Positions 8,286 through 16,786 of a stretch of DNA of 64,000 nucleotides are shown here, in pieces. The notes below the pieces were generated by a model. It did not search any database, was not told the DNA's origin, and saw only the letters and a program-made list of their open reading frames with translations. The DNA comes from an uncultured bacterium (GTDB lineage Bacteria > Oederibacteriota > Oederibacteriia > Oederibacteriales > Oederibacteriaceae). The position numbers and the translations under genes are program-made. The DNA lies in contig OZ218778.1 of assembly GCA_965112635.1 (NCBI GenBank), positions 2,222,833 to 2,286,832 on the forward strand, in the 5' to 3' direction. Within the stretch, counting starts at the first letter, position 1. Each line of letters starts with the position of its first letter.

Positions 8286-10646
8286 TCCAAAAAGTCAGAA
8301 AAACCCACCTTTGGTTGCCACAAAACAGCTACATTTTAATATGCAGTTTTAAAGGAGTTAGTTGCTAATTGCGATAGCGTGAAACTAGAAATACGCCTAT
8401 TGCTAATATTTCCAATACTAAAATAATCTTCAGAAATTGCTTCAAATTTGAAAAATTTAACAAATTAATCCACTTACGCCCATAGGTCTTACACCCGCCT
8501 CAATTTGGACACAAACGCTGTTTATCCCCTGGGAGCAGGCACGGTCAGGTATCTGGCTGTTCCCCAAATCAGCCCAAAACTCTGATAGGATAAAGGTTTT
8601 ACACAGATCAGGCTCTCAGCAGCCCGGAAACTCCCGAGGCTATATATATAAAGAAAGAGACTACGGCGGGAGAACAGGGTGTAGGCTGTAAAGCGATTGT
8701 GTTATAAGGGTTTTGTGTAGAATGTCCCATAGAACGGCGACAAAACTCTTATATTATAAAGGCTTTTTAAAGTTTTCCCGGGTTCTGGGCCTCAACAGGG
8801 CTTCCCAGGTTTTCTCCTTATTCTGGAACGGGAAAAATGGGCGATTTCGCATTTAAATAGGCCTAATTTGAAAAAATCCTAGAGACACATGCAATTACCC
8901 TAGCTTCAAAAAACCCAGAACGGTTAGTTTCCGCCACCTCCAACCCTGGTCAATCTCTAGCCACCGGCCCGGATCCAGCCCGGTCCAGCAGGGGAATTTA
9001 GTATGGAATAACGGAACTTAGCTGTCGTAAACAGACAGGCATCCCTGGTCAGCCCTGGAAAACCCTTAATTCATGAGGCTTTTACAGGCCTATCGCTTTA
9101 ATAAGCTGGCCCTGTCTGGACAGGAAGCAGTTGTTTCGTGGACATTTGGGGGCATAGGATAGCTTTCCAGCAGGGGGAAAGCCCTCTAAACACGAGAGTT
9201 GCTTTAAAATATATGTATTTAGGGGTTGTTTCTGCCGAATCTCCTGCAAATGCAACGGTTTTCGTATTAAATAACAATTTATTAGGTAGGCAAATCTGGG
9301 TTGTTAGAACGGGTATATCTCTCTAAGCCCTTGATTTAATGGTCCTTTTTGACGGCTGGGCCGGTTCTCCCAATACCCTGAATTCGCATCAGAATGAACT
9401 AATTTGAGAAAAAACTATGGAATTAATGAAGTTATATTGCTCTTAAAAGTGGTCTTTTTCTGGACAAAAGGCGGCAAACCAATCCTTAAAGGGACCTTAG
9501 CTGGCTACAGAAACTTAGGAAATGTCCAGGAAATAAGGTATTTCCCAGGTCAGGAACCAGGGTCCCTGATCCACAGGGATTAAAGCCTGAAAACAGGCCA
9601 GGAAATAAGAGATTTGCAGGATGCCGCCTAAATAACAAAGCGGGATTAGGTGAAAAAAGGGAGTATGGGATGAAGAGCGGTAAAGTGCAGAAAAGGCCAT
9701 AAAAACAAGGGTTTTCGCATGAAAATGGCCCTAATTTCGAAGTTTATCGAGAATAAGGGTATATGGGTTAGGTCCGAAAAACACCATTTTCGCTTGTATT
9801 GATAAGGGGAATATACGGGCTGGGGAATAGGTAGACAAGACTCCCCAACGAGCAACAAATCTATTAAATATAATAGATATTATATGTAACAAAATAATTA
9901 TAGTTGAAGTCATTTCTTAGAAATATTAAGAATAGATTTTGTTGCAAATCCAAGCCGAAATTAAACCCTGATTTACAGACTATAATTGGCTTTGGCGGGG
10001 AATTGGGATAACTTCAGCAAATCCAATAGTTTTTGATAACCTAATTCCCAACAAACCATATTAGATAATACCGGTTAACGCTTGCGATAACAAACAAAAT
10101 AATAGTTACTTTTACTAAAACAGAAAGAGACTAGTTTTCCAAGATAGAAAGAGTAAAGCTTAGGTAAATTAGCCTAGCTGCGAACCCTGATCCGGTTAGG
10201 TTGGCAGGGACGGTCTAGAGCCTTGGGTCAAGACCTAGGGCTGGGAGGCTGACCAGGGTCAAGGCCAACGGCTGACCGGACCCGGCCGGCTAGGTGGCCT
10301 TGGTTGGTTCCGGGGGCTGAGGCTAGCTTGACCCCGGGGCTAACTGGAACCCAGAACCGGGAGCTTGGGGTCCAAGGATTGGAAGCCAGGGGAGCCTAAA
10401 CTATCCTGCAGCTGCCTGTTAGGAACCCTTTAAAACTACCTATTATTACAACGTTTATTATCCACAAGATTTCGCAGGTAGTTTGTTAAATAAGGGAATA
10501 AGGGTATCCTGGCCTTAGGTTTTAAATTAAAGCAAAACATTTATACCCTGACTTTAGAAGTGCTGATTCAATGCTTGTCATTACAGCGCTATTATGAACG
10601 AATAATTTAGACCCTTGTTTTTGTGTTTTCGTGTATAATCTGAACC
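8286..10646. other. 2,361-bp region with no credible ORF (longest listed ORF 70 aa); contains dispersed short repeat families, local hairpins, an AT-rich core and a GC-rich self-complementary block
   Basis: The six-frame track shows only 60-70-aa ORFs of low plausibility. I translated several stretches by hand on both strands and hit stops within 10-30 codons. Repeat coordinates are given in the findings. Confidence 0.8.
10634..10639 (+). promoter_or_regulatory. TATAAT -10 box only 7 nt upstream of the ATG at 10647 (candidate leaderless transcript)
   Basis: The sequence is gtgTATAATctgaaccATG. No Shine-Dalgarno sequence fits in the gap. I found no good -35 element. Confidence 0.35.
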
Positions 10647-11567
10647 ATGCAAAACATACCCAACATACCTAAACCAACCTTAAAGTTACTCTTAACCTTG
10701 GTCGGAGTCCTTAACCTGGCCTTTATAGTTTTCCAGCTTCGAGCCTATGACATCCTGACCTGGGTAAGCCAGTCCAGCCTAGACTCGGCCTTTTATCCCT
10801 ATAACACGACCCTATTACTGCGATATTTCATCAGAACCAAGGTTTTCACTCAAGTTTATTTGGTTTTTTTGGCGATTTGGATCGTCCAAATAGAAATCCA
10901 AGGTCAGGAACCCAGAACAACCGCCTGGAGGAACCTGTTCTCGGTCAAAACCTTATTTTTGTGGTTAGGGGCGGGTATAGCCCTCAAAAGCCTGGTTTGG
11001 GCGGGCATCATCTCCGCAACGCCTGTTTACGGCCATAGGCCTATGGCCAGCCTGGGAATCACTATAGAAGGTTGTTTTGTATTAGCTCTAGCCCAAATAG
11101 CCTACAGGACCTATTTTAGCTCTGCAATAGGGGCAGATAGCCCCAAACAGGTGAACCTATTGCTCAAGGTCGTCCAAAGACCAGGAAAGCTCATCCAGGT
11201 GCTTTTGGAAGAGTTCAGCCTCATCCCTCACCAGGTCTATCAACCTAGTGGGGCAAGGACCGCCCCTGAGCCGGTTCCCAGCCCCCAGTCCGCCAGCCAT
11301 GCTGGCGAGACCTCTCGGCCCCCCAAACTGCCTAAGGGCCAGGTCATGGCCAATCTCATCCTGGAATTGGGCCGGTCCAAGGGGACTTTCAAGATGAGGG
11401 ATTTGACCCGCACCTTCCGCAAACACCCCAACTCCATCCTGTATCATCTGAATAAACTCGTAAAAACAGGCCATCTGGCCCGCAAGGGCTCCCGCAGGGC
11501 AACAGTGTATGAGGTGAGCGTTCCTTTGGCCCCAGAGTTGCCTAAGGACCAGGTTTTGTTGGGGTGA
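10647..11567 (+). CDS. membrane-anchored winged-helix DNA-binding protein (about 4 TM helices plus a C-terminal MarR/ArsR-like wHTH)
   Basis: 306 aa. The N-terminal half has hydrophobic segments. A Pro/Ser linker follows. The C-terminal part reads MRDLTRTFRKHPNSILYHLNKLVKTGHLARKGSRRATVYEV. Confidence 0.7.
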   Translation: MQNIPNIPKPTLKLLLTLVGVLNLAFIVFQLRAYDILTWVSQSSLDSAFYPYNTTLLLRYFIRTKVFTQVYLVFLAIWIVQIEIQGQEPRTTAWRNLFSVKTLFLWLGAGIALKSLVWAGIISATPVYGHRPMASLGITIEGCFVLALAQIAYRTYFSSAIGADSPKQVNLLLKVVQRPGKLIQVLLEEFSLIPHQVYQPSGARTAPEPVPSPQSASHAGETSRPPKLPKGQVMANLILELGRSKGTFKMRDLTRTFRKHPNSILYHLNKLVKTGHLARKGSRRATVYEVSVPLAPELPKDQVLLG

Positions 11568-11666
11568 GAGTGCCCGCGTCCAGGTCCTAGGGACGAGTGG
11601 GCAAACCGGATTTTTGAGGAGTAGAATTTGTCCAAAGCCCAGGTGCGCGGATGGGGAGATGGAAAA

Positions 11667-12086
11667 ATGAAATTATCAAAATTAGGCGACTTATTTAAAA
11701 AAAGAACGCATAGAATTTTTGCTGCCTGTTTTATTGCCACAACAATTGTTGTGCTTATTTCTGTCAATTTTTTTAAAGCCCATAGCGACATTGCCGTTTG
11801 GTCAATCATATTCATTTTAATTGTTCAATATTTTTTAAGTTTAAGCTTCCCAAAATATTTCTGGATATAGCCTCTTGGTGTCTTTTTGGGATGTTTTATA
11901 ATTTTTGTCGGAGCGGTTTTTTTTACGTTTAAGTTCGGTCTTTCTGGAATTAGTTATCCATTTTATATTTCATCTCTTATAGGTCTTTATTCATATGTTG
12001 CATCGCTCGGTGGATTTTTAACCAGAATAATAGCAAGTAAAATGGGTAACTTAATTTTTCGAAATAAATTTAATAAATCAGTTTAA
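11667..12086 (+). pseudogene. small 4-TM membrane protein reading frame interrupted by a single in-frame TAG (11868-11870)
   Basis: ORFs 11628..11870 and 11886..12086 share one frame (11886-11628 = 258). Translation reads ...SFPKYFWI*PLGVFLGCFIIFVG.... Each half has two hydrophobic helices. The ATG at 11667 is preceded by GGGGAGA. Confidence 0.45.
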
Positions 12087-12104
12087 GTGATAGTTGTTAT
12101 CTGG

Positions 12105-12124
12105 ATTCCCGCTTTCGCGGGAAT
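12105..12124. repeat. REP-like perfect hairpin ATTCCCGC-TTTC-GCGGGAAT, possible terminator after the small membrane ORFs
   Basis: 8-bp perfect stem with a 4-nt loop. On the opposite strand it translates as the IPAKAGIQ-type peptide seen in minus ORF 12083..12265. That peptide is typical of spurious ORFs across palindromic repeats. Confidence 0.6.
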
Positions 12125-12176
12125 GACAAGTGAGCCCAGGGGCGCGGATGGAGAAAAATAAAGGTAGGAGTGAGTT

Positions 12177-13046
12177 TTGAAATATTGGATGTTCGTCCTG
12201 CTTTTTGCTGTTTTCTTTTGCCCGCTCTTCGTTTGCGCGGAGTCTGTATGGTCAAAGAACGGCAAAAGCTTGTTCTATGCAGAGAAATATAAGGAAGCCT
12301 TTTATGACCTGCAACAGGCCGTAAGCCAGGGAGATGCGCAAGCCGTTGAATTAGTGGGAGTCATGTATTTGGACGGGTTAGGAATTAAAAAGGACCCTAA
12401 GAAGGCCCTCTGGTATTACAAAAAAGGGGCCAGGCTGGGCGAGCCCTACTGTATGAATAATTTGGCAACCATGTATTTCAACGGGATTGCTGTAAAGCGA
12501 AATGAAAAAAAAGCGTTTGAGTTGTATAAAAAGTCCGCGGACAAAGGTTGTTTTTATGCCCAAACCAATATAGCCGATTCTTATTTAGCAGGGCATTTTG
12601 TGAAAAAAGATTATAAGAAGGCTTTGGAGTTGTTTCAAAAGGCAGCGGACCTGGGAGATAGCTACGCGCAAAGGAAAATAGGGGATATGTACATGAGGGG
12701 ATGGGGCGTGCCCATAGATTACGACAAAGCCTACTCGCAGTTTTACGAAGCGTCCCAAAAGAACGACGACATTGCCGAGCTTAACCTCGGTTTTCTTTAT
12801 CATGATGGCCTTGGGGTAACGAAAAGCGCGCGGCAAGCCCTGGAATGGTTTGGCAGGTCAGTGGAACACGGAGATGGTTTAGCCGCGAAATTTATAGGTG
12901 ATATGTATGAACGCGGGGATGGTGTGAATCCGAATATGCGCGAAGCCTTGCGCTGGTATAAAAAAGCCAAAAAATTAGGTTTCGATGATGTAGGCAAAGA
13001 TATCGCGCGAGTTGGTTATGCCATCGTCAAGCCTATTGGTGAGTAG
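12177..13046 (+). CDS. secreted Sel1-like (SLR) repeat protein
   Basis: 289 aa (TTG at 12177; alternative ATG at 12189). The signal-like N-terminus is FVLLFAVFFCPLFVCA. About 7 Sel1 repeats follow, for example GVMYLDGLGIKKDPKKALWYYKKGARLGE. Confidence 0.85.
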   Translation: MKYWMFVLLFAVFFCPLFVCAESVWSKNGKSLFYAEKYKEAFYDLQQAVSQGDAQAVELVGVMYLDGLGIKKDPKKALWYYKKGARLGEPYCMNNLATMYFNGIAVKRNEKKAFELYKKSADKGCFYAQTNIADSYLAGHFVKKDYKKALELFQKAADLGDSYAQRKIGDMYMRGWGVPIDYDKAYSQFYEASQKNDDIAELNLGFLYHDGLGVTKSARQALEWFGRSVEHGDGLAAKFIGDMYERGDGVNPNMREALRWYKKAKKLGFDDVGKDIARVGYAIVKPIGE

Positions 13047-13159
13047 GAAAAAGGCGATCTGTCGATAAACTCGAGGCGCGGAGGGGGAGAAGTGGAATAA
13101 ATGAATAAAAACCATTTTATAGGCGGAATTTTGGTTAAGAAGGGATTAAAATTACTTAC

Positions 13160-14851
13160 ATGAGAAAAATATTCCTACCCATATTTTTATCTTTTACTAT
13201 CTTTGTTTTCTCAACGGGAACTTTGCTCGCCGAGGATGGAGCAGATGCAAAGGCCGCGCTAACGACAGGGATGAAATACTTTTATCAAAAAGATTTTGCG
13301 GATGCTTACAAATGGTTCAAGATAGCGGCTGACCAGGACAACAGCGATGCAGAAAGGGTCCTGGGCTTTTTGTATCAATACGGCCTGGGCGTGGATAAAG
13401 ATTACCAAAAGGCATTTGAATACACAGAAAAATCAGCGATGCAGGGCAATGCGTTGGGAGAGAGCGCTCTGGGTTCCTTGTATGAGGTTGGTATGGGTGT
13501 AAAACAGGACCAGGGAAAGGCGTTCGAATGGTTCAAAAAATCCGCGGAGCAAGGCAACAGTACGGGCCAAGCCTATTTGGGTTTCTTTTATTTTAACGGG
13601 GTGGGGGTGGCGCAGGATTATGTCAAAGCGCTGGAATGGTTCAAAAAATCCGCGGAGCAAGGCGATGCCTCGGGCGAATGCGGCCTGGGGATGATGTATG
13701 GGAACGGTCTGGGCGGAGTTCCCAAAGACATGGCCAAAGCTTTTGAATGGACGATGAAATCCGCGAATCAGGGAAGCATGGACGGGGAGTGCAACCTGGG
13801 TTTAATGTTCCAAAATGGCCTGGGTGTGGAAAAGGATTATTTAAAAGCGTTGGCTATGTTTACCAAAGCCGCCAAGGATGGCAATGTAAACGCGATCTAT
13901 TACCTGGCTGGCATGTATGAAAACGGCCAGGGTACTACCGTGGATATGGAGCTGGCCAAGAAGCTGTACCAGGCGGCGGCACAGAAGGGCAACAGTTTGG
14001 CCGAAGACGCTTTGCAAAGACTGGAGCATGCTGCGTCCACCCCGGGCCAAATCACCTATCCTGATTCGGATGTGGACAGCCAAATCCCTTCCGGCGGGGA
14101 CAAAAACCCGGACGGGGTGGCCGTTGTCCTGGGAGTGCGGGACTACGATGAAAAAGACGTGCCCGCCGTGGACTATGCCATCCATGACGCCATGACTTTC
14201 AGGACATACCTAGTCAGGACCCTGGGATTCAAAGAGGACAACATCCTTTATTATGAAAATCCCAGCAAAGGAAAGCTGGAGGCCATCTTTGGCACGGAGA
14301 CCAACCCCCAGGGTAAACTGGCGGATTGGGTCAAGCCGGGAAAGTCTCCGGTTTTCGTTTACTACGTTGGGCACGGCATACCCAGCCTGGAGGATGGCCG
14401 GGCTTATTTAGCCCCGGCGGATTGTGACCCGTCCAAGATAGCGTTGACAGGATATCCCCTTAATACTTTTTACAAAAATTTAGCGCGCCTCAAGGCCGTA
14501 TCGGTCACCGTGGTCATCGATGCCTGTTTTAGCGGAGGGTCGAACAAAGGTACCTTGGTCAAAGGGGCTAGTCCTTTGGTCCTGTCGTCAAAGGCCGGCG
14601 GGATAGTTCCCAAAGGGATAGAGGTTTTTACGGCCAGCGAACCGGACCAGGTGGCTTCGTGGTATGCCGATAAGAGTCACGGCTTGTTCACCTATTTTTT
14701 CCTGAAAGGCCTTCAGCAAGGCATCAAGACCTGCGGGGATATGGACCATTACTTGAAAGAGCAGATCCCCCCCCTGGCGCGCCGGTTGTACGGGGACCGC
14801 CACCAGATGCCCTTCTTCACCGGCAACGCGGACAGGAACATAAAACCATGA
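13160..14851 (+). CDS. secreted Sel1-repeat / caspase-like (peptidase C14) fusion protein
   Basis: 563 aa. The signal peptide is MRKIFLPIFLSFTIFVFSTGTLLA. About 7 Sel1 repeats follow. The C-terminal caspase fold has a His in FVYYVGHGIP and a Cys in VVIDACFSGGS. Confidence 0.85.
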   Translation: MRKIFLPIFLSFTIFVFSTGTLLAEDGADAKAALTTGMKYFYQKDFADAYKWFKIAADQDNSDAERVLGFLYQYGLGVDKDYQKAFEYTEKSAMQGNALGESALGSLYEVGMGVKQDQGKAFEWFKKSAEQGNSTGQAYLGFFYFNGVGVAQDYVKALEWFKKSAEQGDASGECGLGMMYGNGLGGVPKDMAKAFEWTMKSANQGSMDGECNLGLMFQNGLGVEKDYLKALAMFTKAAKDGNVNAIYYLAGMYENGQGTTVDMELAKKLYQAAAQKGNSLAEDALQRLEHAASTPGQITYPDSDVDSQIPSGGDKNPDGVAVVLGVRDYDEKDVPAVDYAIHDAMTFRTYLVRTLGFKEDNILYYENPSKGKLEAIFGTETNPQGKLADWVKPGKSPVFVYYVGHGIPSLEDGRAYLAPADCDPSKIALTGYPLNTFYKNLARLKAVSVTVVIDACFSGGSNKGTLVKGASPLVLSSKAGGIVPKGIEVFTASEPDQVASWYADKSHGLFTYFFLKGLQQGIKTCGDMDHYLKEQIPPLARRLYGDRHQMPFFTGNADRNIKP

Positions 14852-16236
14852 GGAAGTTTAAGATTAGAAATTTTAGGGAATACAAAAAAAAGCAAATAGC
14901 AGTTTCTGTCATCCTGATATTTTCAGCGATGTTTTTGTGTCTTGAGCACGGGATTTGCCAGAACAGCGGGAATAGTGTTCTGACCGTCACGCCTCAGGCT
15001 ATGACCAATACAAGCGTTGTGGCGGGGCTTATCCAAAACCTGACCGGAAAAGACGACCAGGCTGCCAGCCGAGCGGCAGACCAACTAGGTGATATGTCTA
15101 TCGAGGCCAGGGACGCCGTGCCTAGCCTAATTGAGACGCTCAAAGATCAGCAGCGCTCCGTGGTCGTGGGTTCAAGCGCAGCCAGGGCGCTGGCCAGGAT
15201 TTGGCCCTACGAGAAAGGGACTATCAATGCTTTGGTGGATGCTCTCAAGGACAGCCGTCCACCTGTGCGCATTGCCGTGGTCAATGCCGCGGGTTCAATC
15301 CAACCGGTCCGCAAAGAGGTTTTTGACGCATTTTTGGATATGCTGAAAAGCAGTAGCGAGTCCGACGGCATCAAGATGAATGTCGAGGATAAGCTAGGGG
15401 AAATGTGGCCCTATGATAAAAAAGCGGTCTTGCGGGCCTTGTATGGCGCATTAAAAGACCGCAGTCCTTATGTCCAAAAAGAGGCTATCCATGTGTTTGG
15501 TCAGATGGGGCCTGAAGCCAAGATTTTGCTGCCCATTATTCAGGAGGCCAGGAAAGACCCGTCCCTGGTTCCTGATATAGATGAAGCTGTGCAAAAAATA
15601 AATACTCCTGCTCACCTCGCAAAACCAGACCCAGGGGTCGTGGACTTGTACGGTGGGATCAATTTCAAGTACATGGTGTTCATGCATTTAAAAACAGAGG
15701 GGGACAGATTGACCGGGGATTACAATTACGGCAATCCCAATGATTATTTGCTAGTTCATGGAAACATGAACGAGTTTGATGAGTTCGATATGGACGGGAA
15801 CTATGAAGGAACAATGCATTTCACCAAGGTGTACGGCCTTTACAAGGGGGAGTGGCAAAACGCAAATAAAACCAAAGTCTATCCTTTTTTCGCGGTTCCC
15901 CAAAAAAATATTTTCAGCACTTCCTATGATCTTTTTAGGGAACAATACACGGTACAGGTCGTGGGCAGCATCAAGAACATGGCTGACATGCAATCCCTGG
16001 AGATTACCCGCAATGGACAGTCGTTCACCGGGAACCACAAAAAGAACGGCCGCTTCCTGGCACTGGTTGGCCGCATCCAGTCGTCGGGTCTTGTTTCTCT
16101 AAGGGAAGTGGATGCCCAAAAAAAGGTAATAGGTTCATTCACGGGAAAAATTACGAATAGGGGGAGCTTTTACGGGGAGTATCAGGACTTTTCAAGCATG
16201 TCTTCCTGCCCGTTCTTTTTTGTAGTTTCGAATTGA
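14848..16236 (+). CDS. HEAT-repeat protein with an N-terminal signal/anchor and a duplicated C-terminal domain of unknown function
   Basis: 462 aa. Its start overlaps the upstream stop as ATGA. HEAT units include VPSLIETLKDQQRSVVVGSSAARALARI and LVDALKDSRPPVRIAVVNAAGSI. The C-terminal half contains two related ~75-aa units, each ending in ...PFF. Confidence 0.75.
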   Translation: MRKFKIRNFREYKKKQIAVSVILIFSAMFLCLEHGICQNSGNSVLTVTPQAMTNTSVVAGLIQNLTGKDDQAASRAADQLGDMSIEARDAVPSLIETLKDQQRSVVVGSSAARALARIWPYEKGTINALVDALKDSRPPVRIAVVNAAGSIQPVRKEVFDAFLDMLKSSSESDGIKMNVEDKLGEMWPYDKKAVLRALYGALKDRSPYVQKEAIHVFGQMGPEAKILLPIIQEARKDPSLVPDIDEAVQKINTPAHLAKPDPGVVDLYGGINFKYMVFMHLKTEGDRLTGDYNYGNPNDYLLVHGNMNEFDEFDMDGNYEGTMHFTKVYGLYKGEWQNANKTKVYPFFAVPQKNIFSTSYDLFREQYTVQVVGSIKNMADMQSLEITRNGQSFTGNHKKNGRFLALVGRIQSSGLVSLREVDAQKKVIGSFTGKITNRGSFYGEYQDFSSMSSCPFFFVVSN

Positions 16237-16625
16237 GATTAAATAAATTGATACAACCATTCCGAGTTGATTCAACTGGAGTTGATATTTTTGATTCTTA
16301 TTTAAAGGATATGGAGAGAGCTGCTGCAAGCGGTGTGTTTCTTGAAATTAGGTGGATGTCACCAAGGGAGTATTTTCAAATACTTAAAAAGGAATGGCAC
16401 CCCAAATATATAAGATGGTTGTGGATGAGTTTGATGACATGGTATTGGTGTAGGCAGATTAAAAAAGAAATGCAAAAGGGCATTATGTTTAATTTGCCTT
16501 GGATAGATTATTCTCCAGATTACGGAATGCATCAGGATGGTGGTCATCGTATTAAAGCAGCTTGGCGATTAGGAATTAAATCTATGCCAGTTTTAATCAT
16601 TACTCATTCTGAAAAGTTAACCTGA
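16233..16625 (+). CDS. small cytoplasmic protein with a ParB/sulfiredoxin-like (ParB N-terminal nuclease-like) motif
   Basis: 130 aa. Its TTG start overlaps the upstream TGA as TTGA. The motif QDGGHRIKAAWRLGIKSMPVLII resembles the ParB N-domain DGxHR...G...PV signature. This is a by-eye assignment only. Confidence 0.5.
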   Translation: MRLNKLIQPFRVDSTGVDIFDSYLKDMERAAASGVFLEIRWMSPREYFQILKKEWHPKYIRWLWMSLMTWYWCRQIKKEMQKGIMFNLPWIDYSPDYGMHQDGGHRIKAAWRLGIKSMPVLIITHSEKLT

Positions 16626-16786
16626 ATTTGATAAAAAGGGTCGGGTTGGACTTGCAAAAAGAAATAGACCCTAGGCAAACATTGAAAATCTCCGCATCAC
16701 AAAATATCACATTTTTAAGTATTCCTTCGATCTTTCTGAAGTGGAACTTTACTGTGATAGTCTTGTCTAATTTTTCAGGAGCACGG

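Noticed and set aside
10458-10466. Possible oriC in the ORF-free region: a perfect DnaA box TTATCCACA, with an AT-rich stretch at 9840-10140
   Set aside because: There is only one perfect box, and the other candidates have 2-3 mismatches. No dnaA or dnaN gene is nearby. Flanking genes on both sides are on the same (+) strand, so there is no strand-bias switch. A genome-wide GC-skew plot would settle it.
8286-10646. Hidden coding region under an alternative genetic code, or a CRISPR array
   Set aside because: Neighbouring genes terminate normally at TAA, TAG and TGA, so recoding is unlikely. Stops of all three kinds interrupt every frame. There are no regularly spaced 25-40-bp direct repeats.
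11444-11815. 123-aa minus-strand ORF, plus the nearby small ORFs 11157..11474 and 11240..11437
   Set aside because: They overlap the 3' end of the wHTH gene and the small membrane ORF on the opposite strand. They have no RBS and no motifs.
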